Shown: positions 7,923 through 17,600 of the stretch, piece by piece | Position numbering within the stretch: position 1 is the first letter of the stretch | Layout of the letters: the number at the start of each line of letters is the position of its first letter | DNA from: a virus | Strand: one strand, 5' to 3' | Virus record (IMG/VR): IMGVR_UViG_3300023208_000003 | Span: 32,001-96,000 of that record | DNA length: 64,000 nt | Translations under genes and position numbers: made by a program | The notes under the pieces: model-generated | Databases searched by the model: none | Told to the model about the DNA's origin: nothing | Seen by the model: only the letters and a program-made list of their open reading frames with translations

Positions 7923-10196
7923 ATGCTACCTAATTCATTCTTTTTTCTTACTGAAGGAATTGCTCATTTAGAAGACTTACCAATAGATGATTTTTTAAAT
8001 ATTATGTCTCGTATTGGTGTGCTTGACGCGACAGAAAAAATGGATGGTGTAAATCTATGGTTCGGGTTTGATAAAGACGGTAGTTTCTTTACTTCTCGTG
8101 AAGGTAAAAATTCACACGCTGAACGTCGCTACTCAATAAATGATTATCCTGAAATTGGATCATCAAATGTTTTTAAGGTAGCTCATTCTGTTTTAAGTAA
8201 AAAACAAAAATTTTTGGCGCGGCTAATTAAACCTGGCCAAATCGTCGAAATAGAAGTAGCGCTTGGTAGTCAACCAAATTCAATTGCTTATAATGCTGGC
8301 AATCGTGTTATTTTAATAAGAGGCGTTGGAGATAATCCTGTTTCTGGTGAAACACTTGATAAAATAGCAGAAGTTTTAAACAAGCCGATTAACGTAAATG
8401 TTGACTTACTAAAAACTTCTGATGGTAAAACTTTAAGCTCAACGCCAACTGCCTTAAGCGTTAAAATAGAGCGCGTTAAAAAAATTGATAAATCAAAGCT
8501 TCAGATTAACGCAGCTAAAAAGCTCACAACGCAACTTCAAGATTTTCTTAAAAAACCAAGTGACATAGATTCTTCAAAGTCAAATCATGACATCGCAACT
8601 TTAAACCTTACGAGCATTGATAAAAGTGAACGTGACAAGTATAAAGATGCGCGAAAAAAACTTCAAAAACAGCTTCATGATAGCTTTATGTTACCAATAA
8701 AGCAAAAACTTCTTGGTAAAATTTCAAAAGAAGATGAAACAAATGTTGAAGGAGTTGTTCTTAGTGATCCTAAAACAGGCGAGCAAATTAAGCTTGTTGA
8801 TAAGGACGTGTTTACCGCTATCAATGAATTCACACATAAAATTCGGAAAGAAATTGCTGATGTTGTTGCAACCGATGACCCCTTAGCGTCAGAGGAACTT
8901 AAAGGTGGTATCTTTGGTGAAGCAAAGCTTCGTATTGCCAGACTTCTTGGTAACTCAGCTTTAGCTAGAGGCGGCGAAGCTCGCAAAATGCTTGAAAGAT
9001 ATAAAGGGGCTAACGCAACTGAGACAGCGCAAAATTTCGCAGACGCAATTGAAGGCTTAGAATTTGAAGATGCTAAAATAAAAATTAATGCAATTTTAGA
9101 TAGTACTCAAAAGCAAATTGATAAAAAACTCGAAACATTCAAAAAGAATTCAAGTAGCTACAAACTTAAGTTAAAAACTGGAAAGGAAATAAGTTATAGT
9201 CCTGAAACAATTGATAGAACTCTACTAGCGTTTGCTGAATTAAATAAAGACATCGGAAAGTTGCGCGCTCAAATGAAAAAAGCTGATTCATTTGCAAAAA
9301 TTATTACAGTGCTTTATAGCAACCAATTAAAGTCAATTCACACTGCAAAAACAATTAAAGAAAGCTTGTTAGTTGAATACGCGAATCCTTCCACAAAGGC
9401 GCTTGATACTCTTACACATAAACAAGTTTGCGCTGCTTACACTGCTTCATTGCTTGCGTCACAGCTAATTTTACGCTGTAAGGATCGTCGTGGTGCAAAT
9501 ATTATCAAGGATCAAAAACACGTTTCACTTGCAAAGCTTGAAACTAGTGCCAGCCCGCTAAATTTTTGGGGAACAATTCTTTTTAGCTCTGATAAAGCTA
9601 AAGTAAAAATGCTTCTTAGTTCTAAAACAGCTCGCGAGTTAGAAAAAACAGCTGGTAGGTTTGTAAATAGAAGAATAAACTTTATTCATAAATCACTAGG
9701 AACTGGTAACTTTAGTCAAGATTGGTCAGAGCAACAAAAAAGCGCGCATTTAGTAGCATTAAGATTAGATACTTGCTCAAAACTAATAAATACCATAACA
9801 GTTGGTATTGCGAACTGGGATGAAATTGATCTAAGTGATAAAGCAGAAGTTGTTTCACGATTAATTATTTACGTAATGCAAAGCTGCCCAAATTCACCGC
9901 TGCTTGAACCACTTAACAGAATTTCTCAAGGAATATTGACTACTGCAAAAACAGCGGATAATACTGATAAACAAGAACTTTCAAAAATGGTTGAAAATTT
10001 AATTAAATGGGTTATGGAAGACGGAGAAGAGGGTGGTGATGCTGCTCCAGCTCCTGCTCCAGGTATAACATCAAGCAGCGCAATTGCAACTATTCCTCAA
10101 CGATTATTTAGAGGCAAGCTCGTCAGTCGCATCAAACGCACGTTTACTCGTAAACCAAAATTTCCTCGACCAAATACACAGGCAAAAACAGAGTGA
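7923..10196 (+). CDS. Large late protein with N-terminal ligase-like nucleotidyltransferase motifs (DUF6267-like)
   Basis: TEKMDG (motif I KxDG), EGVVL (motif IV) and IKLVDK (motif V), followed by long helical regions. Confidence 0.6.
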   Translation: MLPNSFFFLTEGIAHLEDLPIDDFLNIMSRIGVLDATEKMDGVNLWFGFDKDGSFFTSREGKNSHAERRYSINDYPEIGSSNVFKVAHSVLSKKQKFLARLIKPGQIVEIEVALGSQPNSIAYNAGNRVILIRGVGDNPVSGETLDKIAEVLNKPINVNVDLLKTSDGKTLSSTPTALSVKIERVKKIDKSKLQINAAKKLTTQLQDFLKKPSDIDSSKSNHDIATLNLTSIDKSERDKYKDARKKLQKQLHDSFMLPIKQKLLGKISKEDETNVEGVVLSDPKTGEQIKLVDKDVFTAINEFTHKIRKEIADVVATDDPLASEELKGGIFGEAKLRIARLLGNSALARGGEARKMLERYKGANATETAQNFADAIEGLEFEDAKIKINAILDSTQKQIDKKLETFKKNSSSYKLKLKTGKEISYSPETIDRTLLAFAELNKDIGKLRAQMKKADSFAKIITVLYSNQLKSIHTAKTIKESLLVEYANPSTKALDTLTHKQVCAAYTASLLASQLILRCKDRRGANIIKDQKHVSLAKLETSASPLNFWGTILFSSDKAKVKMLLSSKTARELEKTAGRFVNRRINFIHKSLGTGNFSQDWSEQQKSAHLVALRLDTCSKLINTITVGIANWDEIDLSDKAEVVSRLIIYVMQSCPNSPLLEPLNRISQGILTTAKTADNTDKQELSKMVENLIKWVMEDGEEGGDAAPAPAPGITSSSAIATIPQRLFRGKLVSRIKRTFTRKPKFPRPNTQAKTE

Positions 10197-12010
10197 AAAA
10201 TTTACTTCAAGAAATTGACAACGCAATAGCTAATCCAGATCATCCTGCAAAAATTTCACCATTTGCACCTGTAGAAGATCCAAAGCTAGTTCAACAACAT
10301 TTGGATAATGCGGTAAGCGTTGATGACGGTGTTGATACGATAACATTTGGATTAGAAACTGATGATGGTGAAATAGTAAAAGTTTACGTAAATGCTTCTC
10401 AAGCTGATGAATTTGAAAAGAAGATGGGTGAGCTTTTAGGTCAAGAAGACGATATTGAAAAAGCCATTGACGCGATGGCTACTGAATTTGATATCGTTCA
10501 TGTTGAGTGGCCAGAAGATCGTCAGCATTCAGCTGATACAGAGGATGAGTTTAGTACCGATAATTCTGATATTGATGATTCTTTAGAAGATGAACCACAA
10601 TCTTTAGACATTAGCATTGATCCAGAAGAAGTAGAAGATGATAAAGAAAAAGATGATAAAGAAAAAGATGAAGAAGATCCTGACAATCTAAAATTAGATG
10701 GTGATGATGATAACATTGATGTTGGTGACTTTGGTGGTGATTCTGATAATCTTTCACTTGATGATGAAGACCTAGAAAAAGATTCAAAAGACAAGGAAGA
10801 TTCTGACGATCTTTCATTAGATGACGAAGAACCAAGTGAAGATGATGAAGATACTGACGAAGAACCTGCAAATGATGATGAAGAACCAGAAGATGATGAA
10901 TCAGAAGATACTGAAAAGAAACCAAAAAAGAAAAAATCAAAGAAAACTGACAAACCAGAGAAAAAGGAAAAAACTATGGACCACTTAGAAACAAAAAATC
11001 TTTCTATTGGTCAGCAATTTGCGCAGAGAATTCTCGGCGAAGCGAAGGACGTAAAGCCAAATTTCGATAAAGAACAAGAAGAAATAATGAGCTTAGCTAC
11101 GTCTAAGATGCAAGAAAAAATCTTAACGATTATTTTGCTTCTAAACTTTCCGCCTAAAATTCTTCGCTTAGAAAAGCCTGACCTAAAACGTAACGTTCGT
11201 GATATTGCTGTTGATTTAGTAGGCAATGCGCGCGCCAAAATGTGGATGAATCGCTTAATTAAGGAATTAGTTGGCGGTAACTCTAAAAAAGATGACAAAG
11301 AAGAAATTAAAGAGGCACGCAGCGCGTTTGATGACGCTTATGTTACTCGTACTCAGGAAATTCTTGAACAGCTTTTTGTTAAGCTTGGTGTTCCAGCTTC
11401 TTTCTTTAACCCCAAGAAGGCAATTGTAAAAACAGCTTTACGTGAAACATCAGTAATGGTTATTTCAAAGAACAGAGTTAAAACTATTCTTTTCTTACTT
11501 GCTGAATCCCTTGGCATTGATGTTAAAGTTGTAAATCAACCACCTAAAATTGATGATAAAAAAGACAACAAGAAAAAGAAGGACAAGGTAACAGAAGCTC
11601 GTGCTGACATTGACACGAAGGACCCTTATATACGCTTAGTCCTTAAAATTGTCGATGCTCTCGGTGTCCCTGCGGAACATCTAGAATGGCACCAGATGAA
11701 TTTGATAAACTCATTGAGGCAGAAAAAGAGAACCCTTAACTTTGGCTTAGTTCGCACAAAAGCAAATCAGTTACTTGATGCACTTGGAACTACAAATGAA
11801 GATCGCGAAGAAATCAACTCACTTTTCACGTTAGCTGAAAAGGAAAGTGACTACGTAGGAAAGCGCTTCATTATTAAGGAAAAAGCTAAAATCGTAATCA
11901 TTGGTCACGATAAATCTACTGATGTTCTTACTTACACGGTTGAAGGTCTTTCAAAGAAACACGAAATGACTGTTGACGCGCTTAAATTGATCGGTAAGGA
12001 GATTGCGTGA
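10193..12010 (+). CDS. Acidic low-complexity protein, putative head-internal/scaffold protein
   Basis: Central Asp/Glu-rich tract with DDLSLDDE-type repeats, then a Lys-rich stretch. Coupled to the late gene upstream. Confidence 0.55.
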   Translation: MKNLLQEIDNAIANPDHPAKISPFAPVEDPKLVQQHLDNAVSVDDGVDTITFGLETDDGEIVKVYVNASQADEFEKKMGELLGQEDDIEKAIDAMATEFDIVHVEWPEDRQHSADTEDEFSTDNSDIDDSLEDEPQSLDISIDPEEVEDDKEKDDKEKDEEDPDNLKLDGDDDNIDVGDFGGDSDNLSLDDEDLEKDSKDKEDSDDLSLDDEEPSEDDEDTDEEPANDDEEPEDDESEDTEKKPKKKKSKKTDKPEKKEKTMDHLETKNLSIGQQFAQRILGEAKDVKPNFDKEQEEIMSLATSKMQEKILTIILLLNFPPKILRLEKPDLKRNVRDIAVDLVGNARAKMWMNRLIKELVGGNSKKDDKEEIKEARSAFDDAYVTRTQEILEQLFVKLGVPASFFNPKKAIVKTALRETSVMVISKNRVKTILFLLAESLGIDVKVVNQPPKIDDKKDNKKKKDKVTEARADIDTKDPYIRLVLKIVDALGVPAEHLEWHQMNLINSLRQKKRTLNFGLVRTKANQLLDALGTTNEDREEINSLFTLAEKESDYVGKRFIIKEKAKIVIIGHDKSTDVLTYTVEGLSKKHEMTVDALKLIGKEIA

Positions 12011-12675
12011 AATTCACTTATGTTGAATTAAAAGCTGAAACAATTCCTGGTTTTGGAAGGGTGTATGAAACACCTGAAAACAACCTATATCCTTCCATCA
12101 CCACAATTTTGGGAAATACGATGGAAATTAAGAAGCGAGAGATATTAAAAAACTGGTCAGAATCAGTCGGTATTGAAAAAGCAGAAAAGATTACCCAAGA
12201 AGCTGCTGATAAAGGTACTAACGTCCATTTAATGATTGAGCGCAAACTACTCAAACAAGATATTAATTATGCTGAATTTCCTGATGTTGATGTAGCTGCT
12301 TTTAAAGCTTTACTTCCAAAGTTAAAGCATATAGATGAAGTGTGGGGATTAGAAGTTCCTCTTTATTCTGATTTACTGGAAGTTGCTGGGCGTACTGACT
12401 GCGTTGGAGTATACAAAGGGTTGCCTTGCATTATCGACTTCAAAACCAGTCGTCGATTGAAAAGTGAAGATGACATAAGTGATTATAAACTTCAGTTGGC
12501 TTTTTATTCAGTTGCCCACAATGAAAGATTTGGGACTGATATTACTGACGGCGTTATCTTAATGACGGCCGCACAAGGATTTCCAATGGAATTTAGAGTA
12601 GATCTAATTCCAGAAATTGAGCGCTTGGTTGCGCGAATTGACGAATACTATAACAAACTTGCGCAAGTCGCGTAA
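12007..12675 (+). CDS. PD-(D/E)XK exonuclease (RecB/Cas4-like fold)
   Basis: YPSITTIL, KGTNVH, AGRTDCVG, IIDFKT and YKLQLAFY motifs. Confidence 0.85.
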   Translation: MKFTYVELKAETIPGFGRVYETPENNLYPSITTILGNTMEIKKREILKNWSESVGIEKAEKITQEAADKGTNVHLMIERKLLKQDINYAEFPDVDVAAFKALLPKLKHIDEVWGLEVPLYSDLLEVAGRTDCVGVYKGLPCIIDFKTSRRLKSEDDISDYKLQLAFYSVAHNERFGTDITDGVILMTAAQGFPMEFRVDLIPEIERLVARIDEYYNKLAQVA

Positions 12676-12685
12676 TGGAGACACA

Positions 12686-13099
12686 ATGAACACAAATGAA
12701 ATGTTTGGCGATTATGCTACGCTTTCTTATCCTACACCTGAACCTGCAGCTTCTGAAACTGAAATTTCAACAGAACCTACTCCTGAAATCACCGTAGCAG
12801 ACACAGTTGAAGTTTCACCAAGTCTAGAAGGAGAGCTTTACGCTTACCCTCTTGAAGTCACATTGACAAATTCAGACGAGCAATGGGTTTATCTTGCACT
12901 TACTCTTAACGTTTCAGTTGCAAACAATTCAGTTAAGGTTATTAAGAAACTTAAAGTTTGTAAAGAAAGCTTACGTGGGGACTTCTTAGTACAGTTAAAT
13001 AAACCTGCTACTGTTGTTGAATCAATTAAATCAAAAGATGATCTTAACAAAAGAATGCGTGAACTCGCTGGTATTCCTAACAAAAAGAACTTTGTGTAA
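12686..13099 (+). CDS. Hypothetical protein
   Basis: ORF with GGAG RBS before ATG 12686. Confidence 0.65.
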   Translation: MNTNEMFGDYATLSYPTPEPAASETEISTEPTPEITVADTVEVSPSLEGELYAYPLEVTLTNSDEQWVYLALTLNVSVANNSVKVIKKLKVCKESLRGDFLVQLNKPATVVESIKSKDDLNKRMRELAGIPNKKNFV

Positions 13100-13101
13100 T
13101 T

Positions 13102-14613
13102 ATGTCAAAGCTAATTATTTTAACAACTGAACCAGAAAACTTTGTACCGATAGAATTAGAGAAGGCAGCAAAAGAAGCAGGATTAGAAGTTGAAATTCTT
13201 AATCCTGATGAATGCTACATTTCATTAAGTGAAGAACCTTATATCTCGTACAAGGGAACAAAGTTTCTTGCTGCGGATTTTTGCATTCCGCGACTATCGG
13301 AGGAAAATCTTGAATACAAAATTGCTATCGCAAATCACATTGAAAAAATGGGCGTCAAGATTCTCAATACCGGAAAATCTTTACGTGCGGCTTCAAATAA
13401 AGTCGAAACTCAAATATTACTTAATAATGACGGAATTAAAACTCCTAAAACTGCAATTCTTACATCTGATGAACAGCTTGAACACGCAATTGAAGCTATA
13501 GGCGCCGAGTTTCCAGTAATTGTTAAGACAATCTTTGGTACGCATGGTGTGGGTGTTATACGTGCCGATTCCGCGCCCTCGCTTCGTTCGATTGTTCAGC
13601 AGTTATTAAAAGCTAATGTTGAATTTATGATTCAAGAGTTTATTAAACATGAAGAAAGCGGGCGCATTATCACTCTTGGTGAGGATGTACTAATTGCAGC
13701 GATGCGTACAATTCCTGAAGGTGACTTTCGTTCGAACGCGCATCAAGGAGCAGAACTAAAACCACATGATCCATCAGAAAAAGAAATTGAAATTGCGCTT
13801 AAAAGCGCAAAAGTTCTTGGCATAAATTTTGCAGCAGTCGATTACATCTTAAGTAATGATGAAGTTATTGTTCTTGAAGTCAATGGTTCACCGGGCTTTG
13901 AAGCAATGCAAAAAATAGCTGATTTTCAAATTGCAGAAAAGATTATTACCTACATTAAAGGTGAAACTCCTGAAGAAGAGGAGGAAGAAGCTGAAGTCGT
14001 GGACGTTGATCACGAAAAAGCGGTTGAACACGACAAGGAAGAAAATAAAGATGATGAAGCTAAAAAAACTGTGACAGTTCCAGATTCTGATCCTGAAGCT
14101 CAAGTAGCAGAACCTAAGAAAGACGAAGACGAACATAAGGAAGTTGACGTAACTGGGCAAGATGATAAAGTTATTGGAACATTAACTTCAGTTATTGTTA
14201 AACACTTTAATGATGAGGCGCCAATTGAAGCTCGAGTTGATACTGGTGCGCACGTTAGTTCTATTTGTGGTCAAGATATAAAAATTTCTGGTAATACTGT
14301 TTCATTCCGCTTTAATGACACGATTTACAAATTTCACCTTTTACGAATGGCAAAAATTAAACAGGCTGACAGTGAAAAAGCTGAAGAACGCCCTGTTATT
14401 CGCGTCGATATCGTAATCAACGGTGAAACTTTACGCAACGTAGAATTCACTGTCAATGAACGTAAACATATGAAGTATACAATTCTTCTAGGTCGTCAAA
14501 CGCTTGCTGCTGCTGGAGTTCTAGTTAACCCCGCAGCAAATCTAATTGACAAGGATAATAATTACAAAGTTGATAAAAATGATGATTCAAAAACAAGCAA
14601 TGAAGAAGAATAA
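13102..14613 (+). CDS. RimK-family ATP-grasp ligase fused to C-terminal retropepsin-like (RimB-type) protease
   Basis: RimK motifs PVIVKTIFGTHGVGV, IQEFI, FRSNAHQG and VLEVNGSPG. Acidic linker, then an ARVDTGA aspartic-protease motif. Confidence 0.85.
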   Translation: MSKLIILTTEPENFVPIELEKAAKEAGLEVEILNPDECYISLSEEPYISYKGTKFLAADFCIPRLSEENLEYKIAIANHIEKMGVKILNTGKSLRAASNKVETQILLNNDGIKTPKTAILTSDEQLEHAIEAIGAEFPVIVKTIFGTHGVGVIRADSAPSLRSIVQQLLKANVEFMIQEFIKHEESGRIITLGEDVLIAAMRTIPEGDFRSNAHQGAELKPHDPSEKEIEIALKSAKVLGINFAAVDYILSNDEVIVLEVNGSPGFEAMQKIADFQIAEKIITYIKGETPEEEEEEAEVVDVDHEKAVEHDKEENKDDEAKKTVTVPDSDPEAQVAEPKKDEDEHKEVDVTGQDDKVIGTLTSVIVKHFNDEAPIEARVDTGAHVSSICGQDIKISGNTVSFRFNDTIYKFHLLRMAKIKQADSEKAEERPVIRVDIVINGETLRNVEFTVNERKHMKYTILLGRQTLAAAGVLVNPAANLIDKDNNYKVDKNDDSKTSNEEE

Positions 14614-14621
14614 AGTTTTTT

Positions 14622-14629
14622 CATAAATA
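14622..14629 (+). promoter_or_regulatory. Late-type promoter CATAAATA
   Basis: Upstream of the 2112-aa fibre gene. One mismatch to TATAAATA. Confidence 0.6.
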
Positions 14630-14675
14630 GAAACATTGAATAAAAAATGCTCATTTACTGAGGAACAAGTAAAAA

Positions 14676-17600
14676 ATGCAATCTAAATATGGAACACTTG
14701 TAGGCTTTTTATCAGAAACCGACCTACAAAAAATTAAGGCACTTCCTGAGTTATCTGAACTTCAAGGTCAATTTGCTTCTAAAGATTACATTGACAGCGC
14801 AGTTGCTATTGCAATTGAAGCTGCAAGCTACGGGCTTTTAACAAGCAAAGGCGGTTCATTTGATACTCAAGCGCTTGCAGCAATTACTGCGTCAGTAAGC
14901 AACTTAGATGCAAAAATTAATCAAGAAGTTTCTATTAGAGCGCAGGGAGATTTAAATGGACAAGCGTTAATTAATAGTGAAATTCAAGCTCGTATCACAG
15001 GTGATGGTTTTCAAACCACAAAACGAGAAGAATTAAGTTCACTTCTTTTAGGTGTTCCAGATCCAAATGGTATTTCTTCATTTAGTTCAGGTTACATTAA
15101 AGACGTTTCAGATACTCTTGCGTCATCAGTACAAGCCGAAGCTTCAAAGCGCTCCGATTTAGTTGCTACGCTATTTGGACCAAATATTGATCCAGATAAT
15201 CTAAATGGTGTTACCCCAGCAAACTTAACCAGTGGCTTTATTAAAAGTGTAATGGATGTTACTGCTACTCCAACGGGAGCTACAGCTACTGCTATTACAA
15301 ATCTTGGCACTCAAGTTAATGATGCAATTGCTAGCGTTCAACAGGCAATGGATTCTATAGATGGTATTAAAGCTCATTACGGAGTAACCATTGATAATAA
15401 TGGCTATGTTTCAGGATTTGATTTAATTTCAGAACCTGGAATTACTGGAACCCCAGTTAGTTCATTTATTGTTCGCGCAGATAAATTTGCCGTTATTGAC
15501 CCAGCAATTTCTAACTCAGTTGGCGCCTTAGATTTAGCAAATCAAATAAGTAATTATTCGCCATTTTTCATTGAAAACGGCAACACTTACATTAAGAGCG
15601 CGCTCATCAAAGCTGCCTCAATTGATTTCGCGCAAATTTCAGATAGCATTCAATCAAGTAATTATAACGCAACAACTCACGCCGGCTGGAAGTTAAGTAA
15701 AGCTGGAACTATCGAAGCTAATGGCATTACAATTTATGGTTCTAATGGGCAAGTCGTTTTAAGCGCTGGTGGTGCTTTAAATGAAAATGTTCAAATTGGT
15801 TCAACAGGTAAAACCATAGGTCAGCTCGCGAATGATCAAGCGCTTTCACTTAATGCAGTACTAACTAATGATACTGAGCTTGTTTCTGCTTCATCAACTG
15901 GTGTTGTAAATCCAGTCGATTTAACCAATACTGGTGGACAGTTCCAGGTATTTAATGGTATTGACCAAATTGATAGTCAATTTCTTACCTTTAGTGTAGT
16001 TGCAGCTCAAACTATTGGTATCACAGCAACAATAAATTCATCAGGCGTTTATAATGTAACTGCGTTTCCTGATGCTAATGATTCTGGAACAGCAGTGTTC
16101 CAAGCTGTTTATGCTGTTGGTGGTACAACAATAGCAACAGTTCAAAAAACTTATAATATTACGAAAGTAAAATCTGCTACAGGCGCAGCGCCAATTCTTA
16201 CGTTAAAGTGCAGCGCGCTAATGATGAAATTTGATACGTCAGGAACCGCAGCTCCAACAAATCAAAGTATTACACTCGACGCTGTCATTTTAAATGGCTC
16301 AGGAACTCCTACTTGGTCAGCTACTAAATATAATTCTGCAGGTGTTTCACTTGGAGCCTGTACATTAGCAGCTGGAGCAAATGGAAATCAACGAATTCTT
16401 TCTGTTGCTAATTTTGGAAGTGCCGCGTATGTTGAAGTTGTTACATTTCTTTCAGGGGTTGGTCAAGATCAACAGCGCATTGTTCGACTCGGTGATGGTG
16501 CAGCTGGTCAACCAGGAGCAAATGGTGCAAATGGCACCTCGCCATTATTTGGTTATTTAACAAATGAAAGTCAGCCACTTCCTGCACTAGCTGACGGTAC
16601 AATAACTGATTATAGCGGTGCTTCTGGAACATTTATCGTATTCAATGGAAGCACTCAACTTGCAGCAAGCGCAGTTACATTTTCCGTAGTTACACCACTT
16701 CCAACTGGTGTAACCGCAACGATTAATACAGCTGGGGTGTATAATATTACGTCTATTCCGGCAGCAACAGCGAGCGCTGTTAACGTAACATTTAGAGCAG
16801 TTTACGCTGGAATAACAATTAATAAAGTTTTCTCAGTAACTAAATCTAAAACAGGTACTGCTGGTGCCAATGGAGCAGATGCGAAGTTACTTTGGTTGAA
16901 TTCTTCAGCAATGCACTTCTCTTATAACGGTGCAAATCAACCAATTCCAAACACACAATCAATAACTGTAAGTGCGGTTCGTCAAAATCTTGGTAACGCA
17001 ACAACTGACCCAATAACCTGGTCAATTACAAAATATGATTCCGCTGGAAATGTTTTAACGCCAGCAATTACTCCTGTAACAGGCGACACACAGACTATTT
17101 CAGTTGCCAATTTTACACCTGCGTTTAGAGTAGTAATCACCGCTTCACGTACGATTTCACCAGGTAACGTAATTTCTGATACTTTAACGCTATTCAAAGT
17201 GGCTGATGGTGCTGCCGGGGCTGCGGGTGCAGCTGGCGCACCAGGTTTAAATGGTACAAATGGTGTTTCACCAATTATTGGGTACCTTACAAATGAAAAT
17301 CAAGGTCTAGTTGCTGATAACGCTGGAGTAGTAACTGACTTCAGTAAAGCAAATGGAACATTTAACGTTTACAACGGAATAACACCAGTAACATCTGGTG
17401 TTACTTATAGCGTTGTTGCAACAACGGGATTACCTACAGGTGCTGCAACAATTAGCAATACTGGTGCATATACCGTTTCAGCTATAAATGCGGCAAATGA
17501 TTCTGCTTCAGCTACGTTCCGCGCTGCTTATGGTGGAGTTAATATTGATAAAATTTTCTCATTAACAAAAAGTAAACAGGCACAAACTCTTGATATAAGT

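Noticed and set aside
10522-10953. Ser/Phe-rich antisense ORFs (10522-10953, 10611-10940)
   Set aside because: Mirror images of the GAT/GAA-rich acidic tract. No RBS.
12007-12675. CRISPR-Cas (Cas4-like nuclease)
   Set aside because: No repeat-spacer array or other cas genes in the window. Stand-alone PD-(D/E)XK nucleases are common in large phages.
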